Assembly (NCBI GenBank): GCA_963662945.1 | Contig: OY759974.1 | Location: 2,176,001 to 2,240,000, forward strand | Direction: 5' to 3' | Length of the DNA stretch: 64,000 nt | DNA from: Arcobacteraceae bacterium | GTDB lineage: Bacteria; Campylobacterota; Campylobacteria; Campylobacterales; Arcobacteraceae | Shown here: positions 1-10,487 of the stretch, in pieces | Numbering within the stretch: the first letter of the stretch is position 1 | Layout: each line of letters starts with the position of its first letter | Position numbers and translations under genes: made by a program | Notes under the pieces: model-generated | What the model saw: only the letters and a program-made list of their open reading frames with translations | The model's database searches: none | What the model was told of the DNA's origin: nothing

Positions 1-2564
1 AAAAGTTTATGTCCATGTACATCTTTTGGTGGTTGGACTATACTTTCTCCTATCATACCACCACTTATGAGATGATTTTCAAATGGTTTGATGTATTGTG
101 TAGGTATTTTCATAATTTCACCTAATCTATCTACAACAACTCCAATAGTGTGTTTTCCATCTGAACCCTCATAATTAACAATAATAATATCATTCTTTTT
201 GCTCTCTTTGTCATTTTTAATAAAAGAACTTATATCTAATACACTCACAAAATATTCTTTATGTGATATCGTCCCTTTAAAATGATTTTCGATTTCTGTA
301 CTAATAGGAGTTTCTAGATGTTCTAGCCCTACTGCTTCTATAACTTGCTTTTGTGGTACTCCAACCCATTTTTCACCAATATAAAAAGTTGCTATTTCTT
401 GTACAGTTTCATTTTGCTCTATAGGATACGTGTAATAATGATTTTCTATCGCTTGTGTTGTTGTTATATTATTATTTGATATATTCCCAGCTTCTATAAA
501 TACAAGAGCAATAATATCATTTACATAATCATCATTTTCACTTTTGTATTCTCTATATCCATTAGAACAAGAGCTACCTACAATATAATATTTATTTTCA
601 AATTCTATAATTTGTGAAGTAGATTCACCATGGTGTAGATTGAAAAAAGAATCATTGATATTTAAAATATCACCAATTGTATAATTGCTATTTGAACAAC
701 TTACTATGGTTTTTGATTTTTTTTCAACAAAGAATGAAAACATTTTATCATCAACCTTTGGGAGAGCATCTTTTAACATATCTTGGAATTGCGGTGTACT
801 ATCAAATACAATTCCAATACCACCAACACTTTGGTTACTTTCTACACTTGTGATGCTTGCACCATAAATATAACTATGTTTTCCATTATATAGAGGTGTA
901 GCTTCAAATGGTGAAACTGAATATTTAGATGAGTTTTCCAAATGTAAAGTTTTGTTTATCCAGTCATTTGTTAGTTGTTTTCCAACAAGGTGCGTTTCAT
1001 TTTCATTAGAAACTGCGAGGATGATTCCATTTTTATCATAGATAAAAAGATTTGTATAGACTGTATAAAGATCGTTAATATATTTTAAGATACTCGATAT
1101 TTGTTCTTTTTGTATATCAGAAATTGATTCATTTTGAGAAAGTATCTCTTTAAATGTACTTGTTAATGCCCACCATCTACAATCATTGGCTCGCTCATAA
1201 AGATTTCTATCCATAATATCAATAGAAAGTGATGATAAAAATACCGCACTATCTAGAAGTGAAAGAATAATAGTTTCATTGAGTTGTTCTATTGAAGTGT
1301 TAAATGATTTTTTTGTATTTTCACCAGTTTGTCTTACTTCCCGTAAAATAGATCGTGCAAAATCTGCTCCACCTAAACTACTATTTTCATCTGTTTGAGA
1401 TACATTACCATTCCAAACTGCACGGTCTAATTCATCTTGAATAGTTGTTGCTTTGATTGGAATTGCTAACATCTCTTTTTTAAAAATATCTTCATTATTC
1501 ATAATTGATTGAAGAATAGGTGCTTCTATTTCTATATTTTTATCATTTTCATGAAAAGCACTACTAAGTGGTATCATAATATGACCAAGCCATCCTAATC
1601 CAAAAAAACCTTCATAACCATTAGTTTTACAAGTTTTAATAAGATAATCACGTCCTGCAAAAGAGGTTATAGCAAATGGTTGTTCTAATTCTATTTGGAG
1701 TTTTGCACCAATTGGTATATGATAAACATCACTTGAAGCAATAGAAACACCATCACTATCTAATAATAAAATAGTTTCTTTATTCTCTTTTGCAACTAAT
1801 CGTGCAAAAACACCTTCCATCTCATTTTCAAATTTAAAACAAAGAGAGAGAAAACCAATAATTTCATCACTCTCATTTGTTTTTGTTACTTTGTATGTAT
1901 ATACTAAAGATTTTTGATGATTTGGTAAAAAGTCATGATATTTAAATGTTTCAACGTATTCATCATTTGTATTGAGTGCTTCATTGATAATAGAATCATT
2001 TGTTTTTGTAAGAGTATTTGAATCATCTAGTTTTGCAACAATATTCCCCTGCGTATCAAATAAGACAATATCGTAATAGACACTATATTTAGCTACATAT
2101 TCTTGAAATCTATTTTTAATAGAAATGAGGTCTTCTTTATAAGTTTTTTTAGCAATTCTGAAATTTGTATCATCTTCATCATCTTTATGTATTTCGATTT
2201 GTTCAATAGTTTTTGGAAGTTTTAGTAAAAATTTTCGTATATCATCATCTGTTGCTAAAAATCCAATATCCGCTGTTCTTTCAAAAAGATTTCTTATTAC
2301 TATGTCAACTGCAACTTGTGCTTTAGACTTCATTTCATTTATGACTTTATTTAACGTTGCATCTGCAAGATGAGATATAAGTTCATTTGTTAAATTATTA
2401 AAATTTGTTTTTGTTTGACTCATATCAATACCAGTAGAACCTAATTGACTCAAGAGAATAAGTTGATCCCAGGTTTTACTTATATCATTGAGTTCTGTTT
2501 TAAATTCTGTAACATTTTGCATATATTTAAGAAGTTCTTGAAACTTATTTGATTTTGAATCCAT
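1..2564 (-). CDS. CheW-domain signalling protein with two internal Cache-like repeats (3' end runs off the window)
   Basis: Not in the ORF track. ATG at 2564 (MDSKSNKFQELL); motifs at ~2290 (IVIRNLFERTADIGFLA), ~1214 (IMDRNLYERANDCRWWA) and ~56 are all in one frame. C-terminal ATFYIGEKWVGVP...TIGVVVDRLGEI resembles CheW. Confidence 0.8.
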   Translation of the reverse strand, partial: MDSKSNKFQELLKYMQNVTEFKTELNDISKTWDQLILLSQLGSTGIDMSQTKTNFNNLTNELISHLADATLNKVINEMKSKAQVAVDIVIRNLFERTADIGFLATDDDIRKFLLKLPKTIEQIEIHKDDEDDTNFRIAKKTYKEDLISIKNRFQEYVAKYSVYYDIVLFDTQGNIVAKLDDSNTLTKTNDSIINEALNTNDEYVETFKYHDFLPNHQKSLVYTYKVTKTNESDEIIGFLSLCFKFENEMEGVFARLVAKENKETILLLDSDGVSIASSDVYHIPIGAKLQIELEQPFAITSFAGRDYLIKTCKTNGYEGFFGLGWLGHIMIPLSSAFHENDKNIEIEAPILQSIMNNEDIFKKEMLAIPIKATTIQDELDRAVWNGNVSQTDENSSLGGADFARSILREVRQTGENTKKSFNTSIEQLNETIILSLLDSAVFLSSLSIDIMDRNLYERANDCRWWALTSTFKEILSQNESISDIQKEQISSILKYINDLYTVYTNLFIYDKNGIILAVSNENETHLVGKQLTNDWINKTLHLENSSKYSVSPFEATPLYNGKHSYIYGASITSVESNQSVGGIGIVFDSTPQFQDMLKDALPKVDDKMFSFFVEKKSKTIVSCSNSNYTIGDILNINDSFFNLHHGESTSQIIEFENKYYIVGSSCSNGYREYKSENDDYVNDIIALVFIEAGNISNNNITTTQAIENHYYTYPIEQNETVQEIATFYIGEKWVGVPQKQVIEAVGLEHLETPISTEIENHFKGTISHKEYFVSVLDISSFIKNDKESKKNDIIIVNYEGSDGKHTIGVVVDRLGEIMKIPTQYIKPFENHLISGGMIGESIVQPPKDVHGHKL

Positions 2565-2610
2565 ATCTTAACCTTTGGTTTATCTATATAAGGGAAGATT
2601 ATATCATAGT

Positions 2611-2630
2611 TGAGTCTTAAATAAGTCTCA
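2611..2630. promoter_or_regulatory. Imperfect palindrome upstream of an extended -10 (TGnTATAAT, minus strand) of the CheW-domain gene
   Basis: TGAGTCTTA-AA-TAAGTCTCA, one mismatch between arms. Confidence 0.35.
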
Positions 2631-2684
2631 AAACATAAATAATATATAATAACTTATATAAAATATATACAATTATATGTTTAT

Positions 2685-2984
2685 TTAGTGTTTTTTATAT
2701 TTTTTTGTTAATCTTGCAAAATCATAAAAATCACTTAGCATTAGATAACGAATTTGTATGTCATCAAACTTTTGCAATAGTGGCGAAAAACCTTCATGAA
2801 AAAGTCTTACATCATTGATAAATTCTTTTGGATATTCTAATTTCTCTTCTTTAAGTTTGCCAAAACAGGTCATAAATTCAAGAAATAATTTATTGACAAG
2901 TTTTTCTTTTTCTGGAGTTTGTTCCTGTAAAAACCCACTAAGTTTTTCAAACTCTACACATATTTTTGTTAAACAATCATTCAT
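2685..2984 (-). CDS. hypothetical protein (99 aa)
   Basis: ORF track; plausible composition; preceded by a sigma54-like promoter. Confidence 0.75.
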   Translation of the reverse strand: MNDCLTKICVEFEKLSGFLQEQTPEKEKLVNKLFLEFMTCFGKLKEEKLEYPKEFINDVRLFHEGFSPLLQKFDDIQIRYLMLSDFYDFARLTKKYKKH

Positions 2985-3019
2985 TTATAGTTCTTTTTAT
3001 TAATTTCAAAGAGGACATA

Positions 3020-3036
3020 TTCATTTTTTATACCAA
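3020..3036 (-). promoter_or_regulatory. sigma54-like -24/-12 promoter (GA variant at -12)
   Basis: TTGGTATAAAAAATGAA, GG-N10-GA, ~37 nt upstream of ATG 2984. Confidence 0.5.
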
Positions 3037-3139
3037 GTGATTAATTACAGTGTTGTAATAGAGTTGATATAAGTTTAAGTTAATTTTAATTTAGAAAGTA
3101 ATATTCTTGAGTTATTTTAAAATTTACGGGAAGAAGTTT

Positions 3140-3952
3140 ATGAAATGGCTAATTATTTTTATTATTTGTAGTTCATTATTTGCCAAAGATGTCATACGAT
3201 TTTCTCCTTTACCTATGGAAAGTGCCTCTAAAACCTTAGAGATATTTAAACCATTTATAGAATATTTAGAAAAAAAAAGTGGAAAAAAAGTTAAATTAGT
3301 TTACCGTGCTACAAATCTAGAGATAATAAAAGGACTTAAAAATAAAGAGATAGATTTAGCACATTTTGGTCCATTACCTTATGTTATTTTAACCAAAGAG
3401 TATAAAGATATTGTTCCTATTGCACAATTTCTTGAAAAGAATGGTAAAAATAGCTATACCTGTACTTTATTTAAAAGAAAAGATACAAAAATAGATCTAC
3501 ATAAGATTCAAAATAAAAAATTTGCACTGACACATAAATATTCAACTTGTGGATATGTTTTTGTTGAAGATATGTTGAAAAAATATGATAGTTCTTTAAC
3601 AAATAATGAATTCAAATATTTAGGCTCTCATTATACAGCAATTGCTGATGTTGTTACAGGAGATTATGATATTGGAGGTGTGAAAACATCCATATATGAT
3701 CAATTTAAATATTTAGATGTTGAAGCTATCGGAATAGGAGAGGAAAATCCAAGTTTAATGTTGGTTGCAAATACAGCAACACTTAGTAAAGAAGAGATTA
3801 TTCAATTTCAGACAATCATTACATCTGCTACAAAAAAAGATAAGAAGGATTGGGATGTAAAAATTAATAGTGCAGCAAAAATACCAGACATTCAAGCTTT
3901 ATTACAGTATCAAAAAAGAGTAGAAAATATTGAGATAGAAGATGAAAAATAA
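3140..3952 (+). CDS. PhnD/PtxB-like phosphate/phosphonate substrate-binding protein
   Basis: Signal peptide MKWLIIFIICSSLFA; IDLAHFGPLPYV, STCGY, GSHYTAI motifs; start moved from 3107 to ATG 3140. Confidence 0.8.
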   Translation: MKWLIIFIICSSLFAKDVIRFSPLPMESASKTLEIFKPFIEYLEKKSGKKVKLVYRATNLEIIKGLKNKEIDLAHFGPLPYVILTKEYKDIVPIAQFLEKNGKNSYTCTLFKRKDTKIDLHKIQNKKFALTHKYSTCGYVFVEDMLKKYDSSLTNNEFKYLGSHYTAIADVVTGDYDIGGVKTSIYDQFKYLDVEAIGIGEENPSLMLVANTATLSKEEIIQFQTIITSATKKDKKDWDVKINSAAKIPDIQALLQYQKRVENIEIEDEK

Positions 3953-5816
3953 AAGATCGTTAATTAGTCTTATTTTAGTTCCTATTACTTTAGTTTCTAT
4001 TGTAATTATTTTTATTACTTATGAAACATTTAGTCATTATTTACAAAAAGAATATGAAAAACAACATTTATCCAAAATAGAACAAGATGCACAAAGACTT
4101 TTTTTAATTATGAAAAGTAGATATACAAATATAATATTTCAATCTATTGATGATAAAGAATATTATATAAGATTGGTACAAGCTTTAAAAGTAGATTTGC
4201 AAAGAGATTTAAAAAATGAACTATCTTATTTAAAATATGATGGATATATTTATGATATAAATACTGATTCTATGATTGAATTATATATGCAAAATAATTT
4301 TATCCATATGAAAAATGATTCAAACATAAAAAAAGCTTCTATAGTATCAACACAAGAGGGCGATTTTATAGTTAAACAAATAGAATTTAAACCTTTTAAG
4401 TGGGTAGTTGTAATTTCTAAAAATACTGATGACTTACAGCGAGATATAGAAGAAAACTTGCTTATTACACTTCTTTTTATGATTATAATGCTCTTTTTTA
4501 TTATTTTGATTTTTTTATTAGTATTTAACAAATACATAAAAAAAGATATTGTAAAAATTATAAACCATTTTAAAAATAAATTGGTAAATAATCAATATGA
4601 ATTATTACAAGTAGATATGGTTTCTCAAGAAACACAAGAACTTGAAGATGGATTGAATAGTGCAATTTTAGAAATAGAAAAATATGCTAAGCAATTAGAA
4701 ATTGCAAATCAAAATCAAGATATATTGTTATCATTATTTGATAATGGAGATACAGTTTTAGTCAAATGGAATAATGATCAAAACTGGAGTGTTAAATATA
4801 TTTCAAAAAGTATTTCAATTTTATTAGGGTATAAACAAGAAGAATTTTTAGAACATAAAATATCTTATAAAGATTGTATATATAAGGATGATTTGGATTA
4901 TGTAGAATTTGGTGTTAAAAAATCTTTGTCAAAAAAATTTAGATTTTTTAAATCAGAACCATTTAGATTAGTAACTAAAAATGGGAAACTCAAATGGGTT
5001 ATTAGTCATTCTATACCTGTAAAAGATAAAAAAGGAATTGTAAGTCATTTTGTAAGTCACATATCAGATATTACTTATTTAAGAGAAAAAGAAGTAATAG
5101 TTTCACAACAATCTAAATTGGCTTCAATGGGTGAAATGATAGGAAATATTGCCCATCAATGGAGACAGCCATTATCGATTATTTCAACAGGTGCTACTGG
5201 TATGCTAATGCAAAAAGAACTCTCTGCACTTAATGATGAAAGTTTTGAACAAACTTGTAATATGATAAATGAAAATGCACAATATCTGTCTAAAACTATA
5301 GATGATTTTAGAAATTTTATAAAAGGCGACAGAGTTAAAGAAAAGTTTACTATTGAACGAAGTATAAATCGTTTATTGAGTTTACTGGATGGTTCCATTA
5401 AGCATCATAATTTGACAGTGATTGTTGATATAGATAAAACAATTGAAATAGATAGTTATGAAAATGAACTGACACAATGTTTGATGAATATATTTAATAA
5501 TGCAAAAGATGCATTGAAAGAAAATAATAAAGAGAATGATAGATTAATTTTTATAAGAGTGAAAAGAAAAGACAATTTTGCCATTATAAAAATAAGAGAT
5601 AATGGAGGAGGAATACCAGAAGAAATTTTGCCAAAGATTTTTGAACCATACTTTACTACAAAACATAAAAGCCAAGGTACTGGACTAGGACTGCATATGA
5701 CTTATAATTTAATAGTATCAGGATTACAAGGTACAATTGAAGCTAAAAATGTTAAGTTTAAATATCAAAATACTATGTACAAAGGTGCAGAATTTAAAAT
5801 TGTATTAAAAATTTAA
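3942..5816 (+). CDS. Membrane PAS-domain sensor histidine kinase
   Basis: Two TM segments, PAS region, H-box [10 protein letters not shown]-box [10 protein letters not shown] boxes DNGGGI and GTGLGL. Confidence 0.92.
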   Translation: MKNKRSLISLILVPITLVSIVIIFITYETFSHYLQKEYEKQHLSKIEQDAQRLFLIMKSRYTNIIFQSIDDKEYYIRLVQALKVDLQRDLKNELSYLKYDGYIYDINTDSMIELYMQNNFIHMKNDSNIKKASIVSTQEGDFIVKQIEFKPFKWVVVISKNTDDLQRDIEENLLITLLFMIIMLFFIILIFLLVFNKYIKKDIVKIINHFKNKLVNNQYELLQVDMVSQETQELEDGLNSAILEIEKYAKQLEIANQNQDILLSLFDNGDTVLVKWNNDQNWSVKYISKSISILLGYKQEEFLEHKISYKDCIYKDDLDYVEFGVKKSLSKKFRFFKSEPFRLVTKNGKLKWVISHSIPVKDKKGIVSHFVSHISDITYLREKEVIVSQQSKLASMGEMIGNIAHQWRQPLSIISTGATGMLMQKELSALNDESFEQTCNMINENAQYLSKTIDDFRNFIKGDRVKEKFTIERSINRLLSLLDGSIKHHNLTVIVDIDKTIEIDSYENELTQCLMNIFNNAKDALKENNKENDRLIFIRVKRKDNFAIIKIRDNGGGIPEEILPKIFEPYFTTKHKSQGTGLGLHMTYNLIVSGLQGTIEAKNVKFKYQNTMYKGAEFKIVLKI

Positions 5817-6244
5817 TGAATACTTTGACAAGAGTCACTACTTTGACAAGTTGGTACTGAAATTCTTTCGCAAATATTTGTGTTAAGTAATTTATTTATT
5901 TTTTCTATATCAAATCCACATAAATAACTACTGCCAATTTGAAGAAGAGGTCTTTTAATTAAAATAGGCTCTTGACACATTCTCTCAATCAGTTCTTCTT
6001 TTGTAAAGTCTTCTATTTTTAATTCATTATTTTTTATTTTAGGTGCAAATTGATTTACCATGGCACTTTTGTTTAAGCCTTGAAAAAAAGGTTCTAACGT
6101 TTCTTTTGTCCATGGAGTATCAAGCAGGCTTTTTGTTTGATAAGAAAGACCATTTTTTTCTAAAACTTGTTTTTGTCTTTGGTTTCCAGAACAACCTGTT
6201 TTTTCATAAAAAACTATAGTGTACTTATTTGGTATAAATTGCAT
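5813..6244 (-). CDS. ArsC/Spx-family protein resembling the nitrogenase-associated subfamily
   Basis: FYEKTGCSGNQRQK N-terminus, PILIKRPL motif. Confidence 0.75.
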   Translation of the reverse strand: MQFIPNKYTIVFYEKTGCSGNQRQKQVLEKNGLSYQTKSLLDTPWTKETLEPFFQGLNKSAMVNQFAPKIKNNELKIEDFTKEELIERMCQEPILIKRPLLQIGSSYLCGFDIEKINKLLNTNICERISVPTCQSSDSCQSIH

Positions 6245-6252
6245 TTTTTTCC

Positions 6253-6822
6253 TTAATTCATATATGGTATATCTAATGTAGCATCTCTATCACTAGCACT
6301 GAAATCATAACTATCATCAGTATTGAGTTTTGACAAATTTTTTTCGACCATTTTGATTTGAAGTATATGATAGTTACTTTTTTCAATGTTATATTGTATT
6401 TGTGTTTTGTAATAACTTAAAATAATTGGATGAATTTTATCTTGATTTTCAAGCAATTTTTCTAAAAAACTTTTTATTTTAGAGATATCATATTCATCAA
6501 TTTTTTTTAACTTTCGTAATAAATTTCTTACAAATTGTTTTTGGTGGTATTGTTCGCTAATAGTTAAAAGTTTTGAAGCAGCATAGATATCTGCTACAGT
6601 TTCAGAATAATTATAAAGATATCGAAAGTGTTCACAAACTATCTCTATATATTTTGGATAGTGTTTCAGTACAAAAACAAGCTCTTTTAAGTCTCCATCC
6701 ATCAACACTTGGAATAAAGTTGCAGTTCTTTTTTGTATCTTTTCCCAGTGACCACTACCCTCCGTAGTATTTAAATCACCTAAAAATCGTTCATAATTTT
6801 CTAAATCATATTCTTCTTCCAT
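6253..6822 (-). CDS. hypothetical protein
   Basis: ORF track uses TTG 6837, which lies inside the sigma54 -12 element, so ATG 6822 is preferred. Confidence 0.75.
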   Translation of the reverse strand: MEEEYDLENYERFLGDLNTTEGSGHWEKIQKRTATLFQVLMDGDLKELVFVLKHYPKYIEIVCEHFRYLYNYSETVADIYAASKLLTISEQYHQKQFVRNLLRKLKKIDEYDISKIKSFLEKLLENQDKIHPIILSYYKTQIQYNIEKSNYHILQIKMVEKNLSKLNTDDSYDFSASDRDATLDIPYMN

Positions 6823-6832
6823 ACCGTAAATA

Positions 6833-6849
6833 TGCAAGAAGTGTACCTA
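6833..6849 (-). promoter_or_regulatory. sigma54 -24/-12 promoter
   Basis: TAGGTACACTTCTTGCA, GG-N10-GC. Confidence 0.7.
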
Positions 6850-6862
6850 TATTAAATAAAAT

Positions 6863-8731
6863 TTATAGGGAATAAATAGTTGTTTGATTTCTCCCATTAT
6901 TTTTTGATTCATATAGAGCTATATCAGCTTTTTTGATTAAAGTTTCTTCTGTATCATCAGTAGTAAATTGACCAATACCTAAACTAATCGTTTTTTGTCC
7001 TATTTTGTCAAAATTATAATTTGCAACCTCATTTCTGAGCTTTTCAGCTAAAATAAATGCTTGGTCTTTATTAGTTTCTGGACAAATAATAAGAAACTCC
7101 TCTCCTCCAAATCGTCCAAAAACATCTGATTCTCTTATAAGGTTTGTTATTAATTTTGTAATTTTAAAGAGTACTTTATCTCCCATTTGATGTCCATAGT
7201 TATCATTAACATCTTTAAAATGATCAATATCTACAATGATAAGTGAAAGATTTTTAGAATATCTTTTAGTTACAGACAATTCATATGCTAAAAATTCATC
7301 AAGTTTTCTTCTGTTTAAAATACCTGTAAGTTTATCTATTGAAGAGAGTTTCTCTAACTCTTTTTTAAAAGTGATATCTTGACCAACAGATACAAAAGAC
7401 TCTATCTCTTGGTTTTCATTTCTAATAACTATGATATTTTGTTCTAACCAAAATTCAGTTCCATCTTTCTTTTTATTGTGTAGTTCTCCACTCCAGTTAT
7501 CATTATCTAAAAGAAAGTTCCACATTTTTTTGAAAAATTCTTTTTTTGTTTTTTCATGTCTGATAATATTCATAGGTTGCCCCACAAGTTCTTCTTTACT
7601 GTATCCGCTTGCATTTTCAAAAGCAGTGCTAACTTCTAGTATCTTTGTATCTTTTGTTGTTTTAGCACTTACAACATATTTGTCCAAAATTGAAGCAAAT
7701 CGCTCTAATTCTTTATTTGCCAATAAAAGTGCTTTTTGTAATTGTGCTGGGCGAACGGAAGCGTAAAATGCCATAATAAGACTAGCTAAAATACTTAATA
7801 GTATAATATAAAATGTTGCTTTTAACTTATCAAATAATATTGCACCCTGGTATGATTCTCTTGGTTTTAGTACCATTAGTGCCTTATCTTCATTATTTAA
7901 AATATCATTTAAAGGATAAACATAACAAGAATCACATTTAGTAGGATTGGATAATAACTGGATGGCATCTTTAGAAAAATCTTGACTAAGTGTTCTTGAA
8001 ACACCTTTATATTTATTAAATGAAAATTGATCATCAGGATGCATAATATAGTTACCATCTTTATCAATAATAAAATGATCAAAAGCAGATGAACTACGAA
8101 TTGAGTTAAATAAGTTTGTTGTGAGCATATTTACTATAACCATACCTATAAATTCATTGTTTTTATCAAAAAGAGGTTGTGCAACTCTTAGTGTTGGTCG
8201 ATATGGAACTTCAATTTTTCCATGTTCAACATTTAAATTGAATTTTGAGTGCCATATTGTAGATTTTTTTAGTTGTGAGACTTGTTCAAAATAATCTCTA
8301 TTTTTTTTATTTTGTAGTTTTGTAGTTTCTACTAAAAAAGGTTCATTTTGTTCATTTGTTCTATCAACTCTTACTATTTCCATCCCATTTTTATCTATAT
8401 ATCTTAGTTGCATAATTTTTGTATTAATACCAGCTATTGATAAAAATATATTGTTGAGCTCATAAAGTTGATGCTGGTCTTTTGTTTCTAGATAGCTTTT
8501 CATTGTAGGATTTTTAGCTATACTTTTTACAATATTATCAATATCTTTAATTTTCTCTTTAAGTATAGTAAATTTTTTGATAATCATCACTTCATTAGCT
8601 TTATTGTCTAAATCAGTTTTAAGACTTCGTAGTTGAATGTTATAACTGATAATACCACCAAAAATAGATACTATCATCCCAAAGAGTATAAAATAGATTG
8701 TAAATACAGTTTTAAAATTTTTTTGAGTCAT
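6863..8731 (-). CDS. Cache-PAS-GGDEF diguanylate cyclase
   Basis: RESDVFGRFGGEEF (I-site plus active site), two TM segments, PAS; start moved to ATG 8731. Confidence 0.9.
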   Translation of the reverse strand: MTQKNFKTVFTIYFILFGMIVSIFGGIISYNIQLRSLKTDLDNKANEVMIIKKFTILKEKIKDIDNIVKSIAKNPTMKSYLETKDQHQLYELNNIFLSIAGINTKIMQLRYIDKNGMEIVRVDRTNEQNEPFLVETTKLQNKKNRDYFEQVSQLKKSTIWHSKFNLNVEHGKIEVPYRPTLRVAQPLFDKNNEFIGMVIVNMLTTNLFNSIRSSSAFDHFIIDKDGNYIMHPDDQFSFNKYKGVSRTLSQDFSKDAIQLLSNPTKCDSCYVYPLNDILNNEDKALMVLKPRESYQGAILFDKLKATFYIILLSILASLIMAFYASVRPAQLQKALLLANKELERFASILDKYVVSAKTTKDTKILEVSTAFENASGYSKEELVGQPMNIIRHEKTKKEFFKKMWNFLLDNDNWSGELHNKKKDGTEFWLEQNIIVIRNENQEIESFVSVGQDITFKKELEKLSSIDKLTGILNRRKLDEFLAYELSVTKRYSKNLSLIIVDIDHFKDVNDNYGHQMGDKVLFKITKLITNLIRESDVFGRFGGEEFLIICPETNKDQAFILAEKLRNEVANYNFDKIGQKTISLGIGQFTTDDTEETLIKKADIALYESKNNGRNQTTIYSL

Positions 8732-9027
8732 TCTTTTGAATACCTTTTCATTTGATATCTTTATAACATAAATTATTATAAATTCTACTGAGATAAATAA
8801 AATATTGTGTAAGTTTGGATGAAAAGAATTATAATTAAATAATTTATACACTAATTTTTTAAAAAAGAAATTTTTAAGAAATAATCTTTGCTTATAATGA
8901 AATAAAAGAAAAAAAGGTAGTGGTTATGAATATGTATAGGTTATCTACAAAACTTATTGAAAAACTAAAAAAAGCCTCAGTAAAAATATCAAAAAAACAA
9001 AAAAACAAAAGAAAATAAATTATTCTT

Positions 9028-9044
9028 TAGGTACACTTTATGAA
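9028..9044 (+). promoter_or_regulatory. sigma54-like promoter (GA variant)
   Basis: TAGGTACACTTTATGAA; first 11 nt identical to the 6833-6849 site. Confidence 0.6.
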
Positions 9045-9078
9045 TATAATAAAGCATATTCATAAAGGTAACAAAACT

Positions 9079-10257
9079 ATGTTAGAAAAAATATCATTTG
9101 GTACATATCGTACTACATTTCAAAATCCAGTTCACCAAGAAGCTATAAACTATGCACTTGATAATGGAATAAAATCTATAGATACCTCGTCAAACTATAT
9201 GTATGGAGAAGCAGAAGTTTTAATAGGACAAGCTTTACAAGGTAGAATCCGAGAAGAATTTACAATAGTTTCAAAAGGTGGATATATACAAGGGCCAAAC
9301 CTTCAAAGAGTAAAAGAAGGTTGGAAAGTTGAAGAACTTGTAGAGTATGACCCTAATTGTTTTCATAGTATCTCTCCAATGTTTTTAGAAGATCAAATTT
9401 CTAATAGCTTACAAAGATTAAATACCTCATATATTGATTGTTACTTACTTCATAATCCTGAGTATTATCTTCTTACAAATTTAAAAAGTAATGCAACCGA
9501 TGAAGATATAAAAAAACATCATGCAATTATGCAAGAACGTATAAAAAAGGCATTTGCATTTTTAGAAATAATGGTAACAAAAGGAAAAATAAAATCTTAT
9601 GGTATTAGTTCTAATTCTTTTGCAAAGAAAGAAAACGACTATCATTTTTTAGAGTATAAAAATCTTATTGAGTATGCAAAAGAAGTATGTGGAAAGAATC
9701 ATCATTTTAAAGTGATACAACTTCCTTTTAATATGTATGAAAAAGATGGAGTTCCTTGTGCTAAATGGGCATATGAAAATGGCTTGGAAGTCCATGCAAA
9801 CAGACCATTAAATGTTTTTTTTATGGGTGGAATGTTAAGACTTGCTTCTTATGAGTCTTGTGAAGATTTTGATGAATTACTAGAAAACGTGCGTAAAATA
9901 AAAAACGATAAGTTACAAAAACTTATTGATGATCTTCTAGAAAACCAATCAAGATTTGGATTTGCAGGTGATGTTGATGATACTATAGAATATCAAGTGA
10001 TACCATATATTATACAAGGAATACAAATAGAGCAAGAACATTATCAAACAATAGATAACTTTTTAACTTGTTATAAACAAAACATCAAATATTCATTAGG
10101 AAAAATTACTGCAAAAAAACTTGATTTACAAGAGCCACTTGATAAAATTGCATTAGAATATTTATTGAAAAAACATTATATTTCAAAAATTTTAGTTGGT
10201 ATGAGAACAAGAAAATATGTTGATAAAGTTATATCATATACACAAGAGGAAAAATAA
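9079..10257 (+). CDS. aldo/keto reductase family protein
   Basis: ISFGTYR, IDTSSNY, SKGG, YLLHNPE, ILVGMR; start moved to ATG 9079 after AAGG. Confidence 0.85.
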   Translation: MLEKISFGTYRTTFQNPVHQEAINYALDNGIKSIDTSSNYMYGEAEVLIGQALQGRIREEFTIVSKGGYIQGPNLQRVKEGWKVEELVEYDPNCFHSISPMFLEDQISNSLQRLNTSYIDCYLLHNPEYYLLTNLKSNATDEDIKKHHAIMQERIKKAFAFLEIMVTKGKIKSYGISSNSFAKKENDYHFLEYKNLIEYAKEVCGKNHHFKVIQLPFNMYEKDGVPCAKWAYENGLEVHANRPLNVFFMGGMLRLASYESCEDFDELLENVRKIKNDKLQKLIDDLLENQSRFGFAGDVDDTIEYQVIPYIIQGIQIEQEHYQTIDNFLTCYKQNIKYSLGKITAKKLDLQEPLDKIALEYLLKKHYISKILVGMRTRKYVDKVISYTQEEK

Positions 10258-10259
10258 AA

Positions 10260-10487
10260 ATGAAAAAAATAAAACAGCCATTTAATCCGAATGCTTTTGA
10301 TGTAAATTTAAAAGTATCTGATGTAGTAGAAAAATTTCCGCAACTTTTAGAAAACAATTATCAAACAGTAAGTTTAAATGAAGAACTTACAAAATTAAAT
10401 TACGAGATAGCTTCAAGAGATTATGAGGATAAAAAATATGAATCTATCGAAGAATATTATGATTTAGATGTGGATTATATCGTATAG
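10260..10487 (+). CDS. hypothetical protein (75 aa, acidic C-terminus)
   Basis: GAGG RBS; 2 nt after the AKR stop. Confidence 0.7.
   Translation: MKKIKQPFNPNAFDVNLKVSDVVEKFPQLLENNYQTVSLNEELTKLNYEIASRDYEDKKYESIEEYYDLDVDYIV

Noticed and set aside
6229-6243. TTGGTATAAATTGC as a sigma54 promoter
   Set aside because: GG-N8-GC spacing is wrong and it is antisense within a gene
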